A stretch of 64,000 nucleotides of DNA. It comes from a virus. This document shows, one piece after another, positions 46,601 through 53,103 of the stretch. Below the pieces are notes generated by a model that worked only from the letters and a program-made list of their open reading frames with translations, did not search any database and was not told the origin of the DNA. Both the position numbers and the translations under genes were made by a program. Numbering within the stretch: position 1 is the stretch's first letter; each line of letters starts with the position of its first letter. The DNA lies in the IMG/VR virus record IMGVR_UViG_3300037851_000572, positions 1 through 64,000 of that record, one strand, 5' to 3'.

Positions 46601-48102
46601 GGTTGCTCAACCGTCTCTAGCGGGTCGTGCGCACTCCTGAACTTTCGAGGCTTGCCGTGCATCTCCGCAGCACTGACCACCCTGTATGCACTACCCTTAT
46701 CAAAGGGGCGGCACAACATTCGGTGGTTGGGGGTAACCAGATACTCAAGCTGCGGGCGACGCAGCCCGTACATCCGTCCCTCGTACTTGTAGCGCTGTAG
46801 CTCCGTGGCGGGGTGAAACTCCAGCTTCCCCCCGATTAGACATGCGAATCGCGTGCTCTCCGTGACATGCGGCCAAAGAACCCACCCCGTCTCCGTAAAC
46901 ACCTCGGTCTGCTCGTCGAAGCAGCCTTCGGGTGTGTGGAGAGGGTCGAGGAACCCAAGGTGGCTCGGGTTGATGAGCTTCGCCTCGTCCACGATGGCAT
47001 TCTCGCTCTTGATGCCACCGGGCCCCATGATGGTCGTGGCCATGGAGGAGGAGACCATCTCCACCGGATTCAGTTGGTCTGCCGTCCTCACCGCGGCATT
47101 CTTCTTGAACGTGTCGAGGAGCGGCTTGTTGAACAACTCCGTGCGGACCACGTCGCGCGGAGAGCTAGCGGTGTTTATCTGGCGCAGCATCTTGGCCTTC
47201 AGGCTCCGCTGCACCCGCCAGTCCGTCAGCTTGTCGTAGGCGTAGTCGCCCACGCTACGCAGGTCCTTGAAGACCAGATTGTCCCGGTCATCTTCCGGAA
47301 CCTTGCCCGCCTGTACCTGCAGCATCTTCGCAGTGGCGCGGGTCAGAACGTCACCGTCGACAGCCCGAAAGGGCTTGCCCAGCGTCAGCTCCGTAGAGTC
47401 CGGGTGTAGCTCCGACCCCGCTAGCACCTCTCGAGCATAGGAGGCTGCTACCTCCCTGGACGAGGGTGCGCTCTTGCGGTCCGCCTTGTAGAAGCGCTCG
47501 AGCGCTGTGGAGGCACCGCGCGCCTGCCGGTTCGCCTCCAGCACATCCTTGCCCCAATGCTTCTCCAGAGTGTCGTCGTCGACCCCCATCGCCTTCATCA
47601 ACGGGTAGACAGGAATGGCCTTCGACTTCCCCCGCTCCATCATGAAGTGCTTCGTGGCTGGGTCGAACGTCACGTCGAAGTCGGGGCGGTTGGTGATGTT
47701 GAACCGCGTCTCGAGCTCTCCCGATTCACGACGCTTGGTGTACACCCCCGGCTTCAGCTGCCACTGGCTGTCGACTTGGTACTCCTGCCCGCCAACGATG
47801 TAGCTGTACCTGCGCGTGACGAGCGGCAGCTCGCCTACGTGCAGCTTCTGCACCACCTCTTTGCCCGTGTCCTTGTGCTTCAGCGCCAGGGTTGCGTAGA
47901 TGGGTCGGCTGAAGGTGCTCCCCTCCACCTTCGCCTTGTGCTGCCCCTCGATGTCGTCGTGCGCCCCCTTGTCAGCGGCTACCTCCAGCCCCTTCAGCAC
48001 CAAGGTGTGCTCGCGTCCCTCCACTGGAAAGTGCGCGCGGATACCCGCCAGAGCGCGCTCTTTAAGGTCCTCGAACGCCTCCTCGTGGTCCAGGTACGCC
48101 AT
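40624..48102 (-). CDS. Single-chain multisubunit-type RNA polymerase: beta-like and beta-prime-like modules fused, with an intein in beta
   Basis: Beta blocks: DPLHTPEG, NLIPFMGNNSGNRATYATSHLEQA, KGYNFEDGVVISE, GRHGNKG (44689-44709), LNPSGIPGRMNIGQVLE, MLKLHHQVDKKALARS. Beta-prime blocks: VLPPAMRP, PVLMKRDPALHKHNVQAF, NADFDGD (42769-42789), GARKGAIQKV..GYFSKRLVH. Junction near residue 1370 (about 43990). Confidence 0.9.
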   Translation of the reverse strand: MAYLDHEEAFEDLKERALAGIRAHFPVEGREHTLVLKGLEVAADKGAHDDIEGQHKAKVEGSTFSRPIYATLALKHKDTGKEVVQKLHVGELPLVTRRYSYIVGGQEYQVDSQWQLKPGVYTKRRESGELETRFNITNRPDFDVTFDPATKHFMMERGKSKAIPVYPLMKAMGVDDDTLEKHWGKDVLEANRQARGASTALERFYKADRKSAPSSREVAASYAREVLAGSELHPDSTELTLGKPFRAVDGDVLTRATAKMLQVQAGKVPEDDRDNLVFKDLRSVGDYAYDKLTDWRVQRSLKAKMLRQINTASSPRDVVRTELFNKPLLDTFKKNAAVRTADQLNPVEMVSSSMATTIMGPGGIKSENAIVDEAKLINPSHLGFLDPLHTPEGCFDEQTEVFTETGWVLWPHVTESTRFACLIGGKLEFHPATELQRYKYEGRMYGLRRPQLEYLVTPNHRMLCRPFDKGSAYRVVSAAEMHGKPRKFRSAHDPLETVEQPLFYVPVVEGNNSSVNVDSVPFELWAELVGWFVSEGHCRYDEESSTYHVHLFQSDCNADCCSRIVWLLSQLPYSWSVSKREEGRNRYTIGVKQLAHYMQQLGTTASEKRLPSGFLQWPLTARRRLLDALLWGDGRLTTTHARVKQNSASYTTTSARLATEVEQLAISLGYPTTLKRYEDKRQERYLDVYEVRLLRKSECSSQTSSRTRHSPYYTVDYAGDVYCASVPGTFLYVRRNGKRPVWLGNSKTGVTLHLPIGVKKVGKEPMIPVYNLRTGKKELIGPRTFMRSSVVLPDQVKWGDDQRPRPVSSTVKVSSVKNELEEQPFKDADYAMYHPSQAFSMTSNLIPFMGNNSGNRATYATSHLEQAISLEDRDVPLVQVGTGGKGVRSYEEFVGRHSAHSAPVAGTVLHADKERGVVIRGEDGKQHRVQLYNNFPLNDSKSVMDSTPTVKVGDRVSAGQNVADNNYTRGGTLALGKNLTVAYIPYKGYNFEDGVVISESAAHSLRSVHMHKPQLKVQEGDVGNPKKFQIQHPEAYRKEQYEKLGDDGVVRVGQKVLPGDPLVLNTRQVQINDRSGIARIRRSLSGQQTDASLRWDSSHAGEVVGVYRNKRGEVSVHVRTVEPMQVGDKITGRHGNKGIVTKVVPDEEMPVTKGGERIQVALNPSGIPGRMNIGQVLETVASKIAKKDGKPFIIDNFEHGVDQVGRMQKELAARGLQDQEELIDPATGKSLGKALVGYQHMLKLHHQVDKKALARSGMTLRGETPETYDINLQPTSGGKASGQSIGSLGINVLLAHGATANIREMQTWKSEGPDPAPEGKKWPSQHHEVWNNIQQGLPLPAPRPTFAFQKFTDMLRAAGVNVEKKGSKLQLSPLTDKDILAMSAGELRQPSRLTSTTLDRDGSLKPIPGGLFDERATGGIGGKRWSHFKLAEPMPNPVYEEPIKKVLGLTGTQFNAVVSGDSALDARGKVVPLGKGETGGPAIAAALERLDVAKELAKAQKELDDARIPAGIAHGAATQKLDTALKKVKYLGLLHAKDIRPHEAYVLRNVPVLPPAMRPPSVMQDGSVRWEDLNGLYKDFAANNGQLEGYKKRSHLGVDDAELRESRRAQYDGLRALIGVGRSKAESEGENKGIMQLISGNSPKEGYFQKTLLSRRQDMTMRSTIVPEPALGLDEVAVPREQAITLYRPFVVQKMVSLGMAKHPLEAQEILAKKGAYTNAGVQKALEAAVADRPVLMKRDPALHKHNVQAFTVRPTKGKAIKVHPLVVSGYNADFDGDAMSMYVPISDDAVEEARRMMPTRNLFNEATGRVTFTPTLDSALGLYKMTQVTGSGKKRFANAADAMKAVQAGSHRIDELAHIEGYGKTTPGRVLIADALPKPMQAKVLHDHDFKLSARGVGELYGQLAKEHKADFADAANKLKDYGFEASYGHITLRNPSNPAQSQVVPVGTHSLGLEDFRPDREVRDRVVQETQKRVDAIRRGSLTPEQKEVRTIEEWTKATEQMEKEHRAKAGAKSDNLFKMLDAGVKPSWKQYQQMRLAPMLLEDARGRTIPMPVTKSYSEGLDLAGYWIQSSGARKGAIQKVQEVRDPGYFSKRLVHSTMNLVVTGHDCGTSRGIGMPVGKEEVYDRELAADAVVKGRTFPAGTVLSPDVVGQMRRLDKGAQVVVRSAMKCEHGKGLCQKCAGLSPNGTYYDLGSNVGVLGAQALGERSVQLALKAFHSGGVKGTGGAGTLGAFERTQQLTLLPKKIPDAAALAMTSGTITKIEPERTGHNVYINDVKHFVPFDRAGRSLLSPVGPVGSWAPPVVGMKVEAGHSLSDPTRSHVNPHDLYRATRNIEKVQNYLASELHSIFKPEGVRRQHIETVVRALGNVSRVTHPGDVEGVLKGEFQPTSEMRATNRALVQQGRRPADYTPVLKGIDVMPLVVQEDWMAKLNHERLTKTLTDAAAEGAVSDLHGLNPTPGMAYGAEFGLAKKKSLFKPPHIAGLPSWSY
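45868..46923 (-). mobile_element. Intein with LAGLIDADG domain (352 aa) in the RNAP beta module
   Basis: Starts CFDEQTEVFTETG immediately after TPEG (Cys codon 46921-46923) and ends PVWLGN|S (Asn codon 45868-45870). LAGLIDADG motifs LVGWFVSEGHC and LLDALLWGDGRL. GC lower than the flanks. Confidence 0.85.
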
Positions 48103-48104
48103 GG

Positions 48105-48121
48105 GCTAGAGGGATTCTAGC
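48105..48121 (-). promoter_or_regulatory. Inverted repeat GCTAGA-GGGAT-TCTAGC 3 nt upstream of the RNAP start codon
   Basis: Perfect 6-bp arms. No Shine-Dalgarno between it and the ATG at 48102. Minus-strand TAGAAT lies within it. Confidence 0.3.
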
Positions 48122-48164
48122 GTACTCCCCAACGAGAACCAGACGCAAGGACAGAGAGCGGAGC

Positions 48165-48187
48165 GCGATAAGAGCTGTGAAGGAGCC
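48165..48187 (+). promoter_or_regulatory. Plus-strand promoter-like motif copy 4 (GCGATAAGAGCTGTGAAGGAGCC)
   Basis: Lies in the divergent gap between the RNAP gene (-) and the plus-strand block. Confidence 0.4.
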
Positions 48188-48213
48188 ACATCGGCTCAAC
48201 CCAAGGAGGAATC

Positions 48214-48336
48214 ATGGGAAACAGCGGGCGCGAGATGGAGAAGGACCGGGACGAGCTTTTTGGTGGTCCCCTCGAGACCAGCGAACCCGACGACGACGAA
48301 GAGGAGGACGAAGAAGAGGAGGGGGACGTCAGCTAG
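48214..48336 (+). CDS. Possible 40-aa highly acidic peptide
   Basis: Very strong RBS CAAGGAGGAATC before the ATG. MGNSGREMEKDRDELFGGPLETSEPDDDEEEDEEEEGDVS. Below the ORF-track cutoff. Confidence 0.4.
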   Translation: MGNSGREMEKDRDELFGGPLETSEPDDDEEEDEEEEGDVS

Positions 48337-48455
48337 TGTATTGGGCAGCCTTCATCGCGGGGCTGTGCAACGGCCTAGTCATCTTCATCCTGGAGACAAT
48401 CGCGCGTGCTTCTAAACCCAAGCCGCCAGCCACTCCCGGTGTGGCCGGGGACTAG
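48336..48455 (+). CDS. Possible 39-aa single-TM peptide
   Basis: GTG start overlapping the previous stop (TAGTG). VYWAAFIAGLCNGLVIFILETIA... Confidence 0.3.
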   Translation: MYWAAFIAGLCNGLVIFILETIARASKPKPPATPGVAGD

Positions 48456-48456
48456 G

Positions 48457-49017
48457 ATGCTGTCCGAGTTGTTCGGGCTGGTGGGGGTCTCCATCGAGGA
48501 CCCTCACCAACCTGACCGGCAGTGGACCATCTCTAATCTCTTCGCCCCCGTTTCCGGGAGGGCACTGGGAGGAATCCGAGCGAAGCTCGTCGACGAGCAA
48601 GGCTTCATCACGTTCGTGAACCAGCGCGACCTCGAGTTGCTACTAGACCTCGCTCGTCCGGGAGCGTGGTGCGAGTGGTCGGGGAGCCTCTATCCAGGCG
48701 TGACCTGCGCGGACGAGGGGTGGTTCGGCTTCTGCGTCGACGATGTCGACCTCGCAGACGACCTGCAAGAACGGGAGCTAGTTCTGCGACAACAGTATGG
48801 CGGAGTACTCCCGAACAACATTGAGCTCTCTCGACTCGTGCACGCTGAGCACGACCTCGATTACTCCGAGCTCCTGCTGTTGCTCTGGGACCGAGACTTC
48901 GACACCGGATACAGCCCAGACCCACGAGTGGAAACCATCAACCGCCGCTGGGTACAGGTAGAAAGGACCAAGGTCAGATGGAAAGCCTCGGCGTGCCGCA
49001 GCCCGTGGGGCCGCTGA
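48457..49017 (+). CDS. Hypothetical 186-aa protein
   Basis: Start trimmed to MLSELFGLVG. Confidence 0.55.
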   Translation: MLSELFGLVGVSIEDPHQPDRQWTISNLFAPVSGRALGGIRAKLVDEQGFITFVNQRDLELLLDLARPGAWCEWSGSLYPGVTCADEGWFGFCVDDVDLADDLQERELVLRQQYGGVLPNNIELSRLVHAEHDLDYSELLLLLWDRDFDTGYSPDPRVETINRRWVQVERTKVRWKASACRSPWGR

Positions 49018-49577
49018 ACTCGCTGTACTACTCGGGGAAGATTTGTGCTGACTGCGAAGAGGCCCTTCTTCTGGGAGAAGGCGTCGTTGTAGTGCAGGTG
49101 GTCATCCCGCAGACGACCGAAGGGCGCATCAGCTTCGCCGACTTCGAGAACCCCGACGGCTCGTACGCGTACGAGCCCTTCATCTTCCACAGCCACTGCT
49201 GGGAGGTGAACTACGAGAGATTGACGGAGGAGCTGGAGGAGCAGGCCTGCGAAGCCGTCGCGGACCCCCGCGCCTTCAGGAAGTGCAGCGCCTGCAGCAG
49301 CGGTCTGCTGCTCGGGGAACCCGTAGGTCTTGCCACCTACGGGCTCCTGTCCACCTCCAAGCGCACGCCCAACGGAGACCCCAGCATCGTGTTCGAGCGG
49401 AGCCAGGTGCAGAAGTGCCTGTGCCTATCTTGCCTCCGCACCCTGAACGAGGAGGTCATCGAGATGTGGGAGACCCTCTCCTACTCCGGTGAGTGCTCCC
49501 TCTGTACTTACGAACGACGATGGCGCACGGGGACCCCGTGTGACCACGAGGAAGAGGAAGAAGATGGCGACACTTGA
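48978..49577 (+). CDS. Cys-rich (multi-CxxC) putative zinc-binding protein
   Basis: Contains CADC, HSHC, CSAC, CLCLSC and CSLC, with an acidic tail. Confidence 0.6.
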   Translation: MESLGVPQPVGPLNSLYYSGKICADCEEALLLGEGVVVVQVVIPQTTEGRISFADFENPDGSYAYEPFIFHSHCWEVNYERLTEELEEQACEAVADPRAFRKCSACSSGLLLGEPVGLATYGLLSTSKRTPNGDPSIVFERSQVQKCLCLSCLRTLNEEVIEMWETLSYSGECSLCTYERRWRTGTPCDHEEEEEDGDT

Positions 49578-50751
49578 GCAACTCATCGTGACCGCGCTCA
49601 TGACCCCGAGGACCGACCCCCAGTCCACCACCTGCGTCTGGGGGCTCCCGGTCAACATCGTTGGGCTGTCCGGCTGTGGAAAGTCGGAGCGCGTCGTGGA
49701 GGCGTGCAGAATCCTGCAGCTCCCCTACCAGGTACTGTTCCTCGCCTCGAAGCAGCCCGAGGACATCGGTGGCGCCCCCTGCCACACCCCCGACGGCATC
49801 GTGATGGAGTGCATCCTCCCGCAGGCCAACAAGCTGATGCACGCTGGAACGGGGGTGCTGTTCATCGACGAGCTCAGCACCGCCCGTCCTGCGGTGCAGG
49901 CCGCTGCTCTGGGGCTCGTCAACGACCGGCGGGTGGGCGACCACCTGCTGCCGCCAAGGGTGCGCATCCTCTGCGCGATGAACCCGGCCGAGTACGCCGC
50001 CGGCGGCTTCACCCTCGAGGCCCCACTGGCGAACCGCATGCTGCACTTCTCTTACGAGGTGCCGACGTCAGACCAGTGGGTGGACTGGCTCATCGAGAGC
50101 ACGCCACAGTCGCTCCCCACCATCACCGGCGCGGAGCAGATGATACTCAGCGGCTGGGGCCAGCAGTGGTCCCACGTCCGTGGGCTGCTCGTGGGGTTCA
50201 TGAAGGCGAAGGGCAACCTGCTGCACATGCAGCCGAAGCCCGACGACCCCAACGCAGGAGGCCCCTGGCCCAGCCACCGCATGTGGAACTGGGCTGGTCG
50301 AGCCGTGGCCGCTGCCCGCTGCCTCAACATGCCCCCCGACCTGGACAACCAGCTCGTGCAGGGCTGTGTTGGCGAGGGCGTGATGGTGGAGTGGGCCACC
50401 TGGGTAGCCAACAACGACCTGCCGGCTCCAGAGGACATGCTCACCAAGGGGTGGAAGCCAGACCGCTCGCGTCTGGACATCACCATCGGTGCGCTCGCCT
50501 CGATGTCGCTGTGGATTAAGGGGCTGCAGGACAAAACCAAGCAGACGAACCTGCTGCCGGCGGCGTGGGAGCTCATCCAGCGGACCATCGACGAGAAGAT
50601 GCCTGACCTCGCCGTCCGGCCAGCGGCGACGCTGGTCACCGCTGGCCTGGCAAACACGCACAAGGACCCCCGAGTGAAGGAAGCGTGCAAGGAGCCCATC
50701 CGAAACTTGGGCAAGGGCGGCTTCTCCCGATTCCAAGGGGTCGCCGTATGA
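49564..50751 (+). CDS. MoxR-like AAA+ ATPase (AAA_5 type)
   Basis: Walker A GLSGCGKSE and Walker B VLFIDELS. Start at MATLEQL. Confidence 0.8.
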   Translation: MATLEQLIVTALMTPRTDPQSTTCVWGLPVNIVGLSGCGKSERVVEACRILQLPYQVLFLASKQPEDIGGAPCHTPDGIVMECILPQANKLMHAGTGVLFIDELSTARPAVQAAALGLVNDRRVGDHLLPPRVRILCAMNPAEYAAGGFTLEAPLANRMLHFSYEVPTSDQWVDWLIESTPQSLPTITGAEQMILSGWGQQWSHVRGLLVGFMKAKGNLLHMQPKPDDPNAGGPWPSHRMWNWAGRAVAAARCLNMPPDLDNQLVQGCVGEGVMVEWATWVANNDLPAPEDMLTKGWKPDRSRLDITIGALASMSLWIKGLQDKTKQTNLLPAAWELIQRTIDEKMPDLAVRPAATLVTAGLANTHKDPRVKEACKEPIRNLGKGGFSRFQGVAV

Positions 50752-52109
50752 CCGACCAGCAGGAGCTCACCCAAGAAGAGATGCAGCGGTTGACCGACCG
50801 CTGCTACGAGATGCTGGCGAAGGCCCGCCTCGAAGTACTGAGGAGAGCACCCTACTTCGGCAGCCTGCTCTACGCCCTGGTGCCCGTCATGGCACCAGGG
50901 CTCGGCACGATAGGCGTCACGTCGGACCTGCTGCTCGTCGTTGACCCCATCCGGGTGGTGAACGACCCTGAACTCGGGGCACTGGACAGCCAGGGCATAC
51001 CTCAGAAGCTGGCGGGGGCGCTGGCGCACGAGTGCATGCACCCACTACGGGACATGCAGCGCATCCACGAGCTGATGCAGATAGACCGCGAGCTCGCCAA
51101 CATCGCGGCGGACCTCCCCATCAACTACGACCTGCGGGAGGCGAAGTGGGAGCTCCCGAGCTGGGGGGTCTTCCCCGAGAAGTACAACTTCCCCGTTGGG
51201 CTCACGATGGAGGAGTACTTCGACCTGCTGCGGAAGGACCCGGAGCAGGCCAAGGCGACCACTCGCGCCATCGTAGCCGAGGCGAAGGGGCAGGACCCAG
51301 GGGGCACCAGCCCCGACGTCTGCGCTGGTCAGTGCGGCAGCGTGGCGGGGAACCCCTCCCCCAACGAGGCTGCCGCAGCGGCCGGCGCCGGCGCTCCGGG
51401 CAGGCACCAGGGCGAGGTGACCGCAGCGAAGAAGTCGTCGCTGCAGGCCGCCAAGCAGCACTTCGAGAAGGTGAACGGGTGCGGCAACGCACCCGGCTGG
51501 ATTGAGGAGCAGCTGGGCACGCTGGAGAGAAGGAAGGACCGGGACTGGGTGCGCGAGTTGAGCATCCTCGTCCGCCGGCGCAGCGGCATCATCCAGGCCG
51601 GCGGCTCCGACTTCTCCCTTCGGCGCCCGTCGAAGCGCTCCATGGACATCAGCCCCTTCATCCGCCCCGGGATGGTGGAGCAGCAGTACGAGGCCGCCAT
51701 CTACATCGACACGTCGGGGTCGATGGGGGAGGAGGAGCTCCAGTACGCGAAGAACGTCGTCTGCAACATCATGGAGCAGACGGGCGTCGACACCGTGTGG
51801 CTCGGGCAGTGCGATAGCAAGATGCACGGAGCCAAGCGCGTGCGCATCCGAGAGGTCCCCACCATGACCATGAAGGGTCGAGGTGGTACCAGCTTCATCC
51901 CCATCTTCGAGCACGTGAGGGAGCTGAAGCCCAAGCCCGACATGGTCGTCGTCATCACCGACGGGGACGGTCCCGCCCCAAAGGTGGCGCCACGTGGGCT
52001 ATGCGTCATCTGGGTCATCGTCCCCTGCGGGTACCGACGCCCGGCACCATGGGGTCACCTCATCGTGGCGTCCAACGACCACGCGCTGGCCGACCCGTAC
52101 TACAAGTAG
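50748..52109 (+). CDS. VWA-domain protein with an N-terminal HExxH metallopeptidase-like domain (DUF2201-type)
   Basis: HECMH; MIDAS-like IDTSGSM...GGTS...VITDGDG. ATGA overlap with the ATPase gene. Confidence 0.8.
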   Translation: MTDQQELTQEEMQRLTDRCYEMLAKARLEVLRRAPYFGSLLYALVPVMAPGLGTIGVTSDLLLVVDPIRVVNDPELGALDSQGIPQKLAGALAHECMHPLRDMQRIHELMQIDRELANIAADLPINYDLREAKWELPSWGVFPEKYNFPVGLTMEEYFDLLRKDPEQAKATTRAIVAEAKGQDPGGTSPDVCAGQCGSVAGNPSPNEAAAAAGAGAPGRHQGEVTAAKKSSLQAAKQHFEKVNGCGNAPGWIEEQLGTLERRKDRDWVRELSILVRRRSGIIQAGGSDFSLRRPSKRSMDISPFIRPGMVEQQYEAAIYIDTSGSMGEEELQYAKNVVCNIMEQTGVDTVWLGQCDSKMHGAKRVRIREVPTMTMKGRGGTSFIPIFEHVRELKPKPDMVVVITDGDGPAPKVAPRGLCVIWVIVPCGYRRPAPWGHLIVASNDHALADPYYK

Positions 52110-52111
52110 GT

Positions 52112-52133
52112 GAAGGCGCCCTCGGGCGTCTTC
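52112..52133 (+). terminator. Hairpin after the VWA gene
   Basis: GAAGGCGCC-CTCG-GGCGTCTTC (one G:U pair). No clear U-tract. Confidence 0.3.
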
Positions 52134-52161
52134 ATCTAACCGCAAAAAGCTGCAGAAAGGA

Positions 52162-52184
52162 GGGACAAGAATAGCGAAGGGAAT
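52162..52184 (+). promoter_or_regulatory. Plus-strand promoter-like motif copy 5 (GGGACAAGAATAGCGAAGGGAAT)
   Basis: Near-identical to copy 1 and upstream of the gene at 52215. Confidence 0.4.
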
Positions 52185-52214
52185 CTTCCCTTCCAACAAC
52201 CAGAGGAGATACCG

Positions 52215-52505
52215 ATGTCCAAGAAGACCGAGATTGCCGAGTACGTTCGCGAGATGAAGGCCTCGAAAGGGCTAGTCGAGCGCGACATCCTCGCCGCCGC
52301 GCAGGCGGGCGAGACGGTCGCGCGGACCCTGGGCACGCGCGTGGCGCTGCCCGCAGCCAAGTTCTACGCAGCGGCTTACGAGGTGACGGCGGTAGTCACC
52401 TCTGTCCTGCGCGAAGCCGTGGTCAGGGCGAGCACCGTCGAGCCGGACCTCATCGACCTCGTCCAGAAGGGGGCGTACACCGTCCACAAGACGGTCGAGG
52501 CGTGA
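52215..52505 (+). CDS. Hypothetical 96-aa protein
   Basis: GAGGAGA RBS. Confidence 0.55.
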   Translation: MSKKTEIAEYVREMKASKGLVERDILAAAQAGETVARTLGTRVALPAAKFYAAAYEVTAVVTSVLREAVVRASTVEPDLIDLVQKGAYTVHKTVEA

Positions 52506-52507
52506 CC

Positions 52508-52539
52508 CCCACTGCGCAGTGGGCCCCCTTTGGGGGCCC
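52508..52539. terminator. Two adjacent GC hairpins between convergent genes (bidirectional terminator candidate)
   Basis: CCCACTGC/GCAGTGGG (52508-52523) and GGGCCCCC-TTT-GGGGGCCC (52521-52539). Confidence 0.45.
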
Positions 52540-52563
52540 GGCGACCGTTGAGCTAGCCCTGTA

Positions 52564-52881
52564 TCAGGCAGCCTGCAGCGCCAGGGGAAGCGACCGCACC
52601 AACGGCGTCGCCCCTTCCCGACAGGCGATGGCTGTGAGCTCCCCACCAAGGTCAGGCTCCGTGAAGTGGACGGTCTTCACGCCCCGCTTCTCGAGCTTGT
52701 ACAACAGCTCCGCCAGCGTCTCCTTGGTGGGGGACGAGAGAAGGATGAGGTTGTTCTCCTCCCGCCACTCCTTGGCGAGCTCCCCTTCCTCCAGGCAGAA
52801 CGCTGCAGCAGCGTGGCAGGCCTGCGCTGCAAGCAGGCCAGGTTTGAGGTCCGCGCGTGCGATGACGTACAGCTTCTTCAT
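52564..52881 (-). CDS. Pth2-like (peptidyl-tRNA hydrolase 2 fold) protein
   Basis: YVIARADLKPGLLAAQACHAA and the later ILLSSPTKETLAELLYKLEKRG..TEPDLGGELTAIAC follow the Pth2 pattern. The canonical DAG.T block is replaced. AGGAGGA RBS. Confidence 0.55.
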   Translation of the reverse strand: MKKLYVIARADLKPGLLAAQACHAAAAFCLEEGELAKEWREENNLILLSSPTKETLAELLYKLEKRGVKTVHFTEPDLGGELTAIACREGATPLVRSLPLALQAA

Positions 52882-52983
52882 GCTATCCTCCTGTCAGAGC
52901 GACGGGCATGGTGTCCGGGGAGAGCCCGGAACGGGGTATTGCTGTTCAACCCTCATGAAACACCCGCCGCTCGCATTTTCTAG

Positions 52984-53058
52984 TGGGGACGGATGGACTT
53001 GAACCACCGCCCTCCCACGCGTTGCCGCGTAGGCGCTCTACCCCTGAGCTACATCCCC
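52984..53058 (-). tRNA. tRNA-like gene 1: canonical acceptor, D and T arms, but an 8-bp anticodon-arm hairpin capped by GCAA (no 7-nt anticodon loop)
   Basis: Hand fold: GGGGATG TA GCTC AGGGGTA GAGC G CCTAC GCGGCAACGC GTGGG AGGGC GGTGG TTCAAGT CCATC CGTCCCC A. No encoded CCA. Confidence 0.6.
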
Positions 53059-53103
53059 TGGTCGTAGGGGCGGGCGAGCCGAAGCCCACCGCATCCCCCA
53101 CGG

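Noticed and set aside
398-48160. A possible shared GTAC(G/T)(C/A)T-type element upstream of minus-strand operon starts, at about 48122, 59950, 3830 and 30640.
   Set aside because: Only 4-6 nt are shared, the spacing to the ATG varies from 18 to 34 nt, and there are too few sites to separate it from chance without a motif search.
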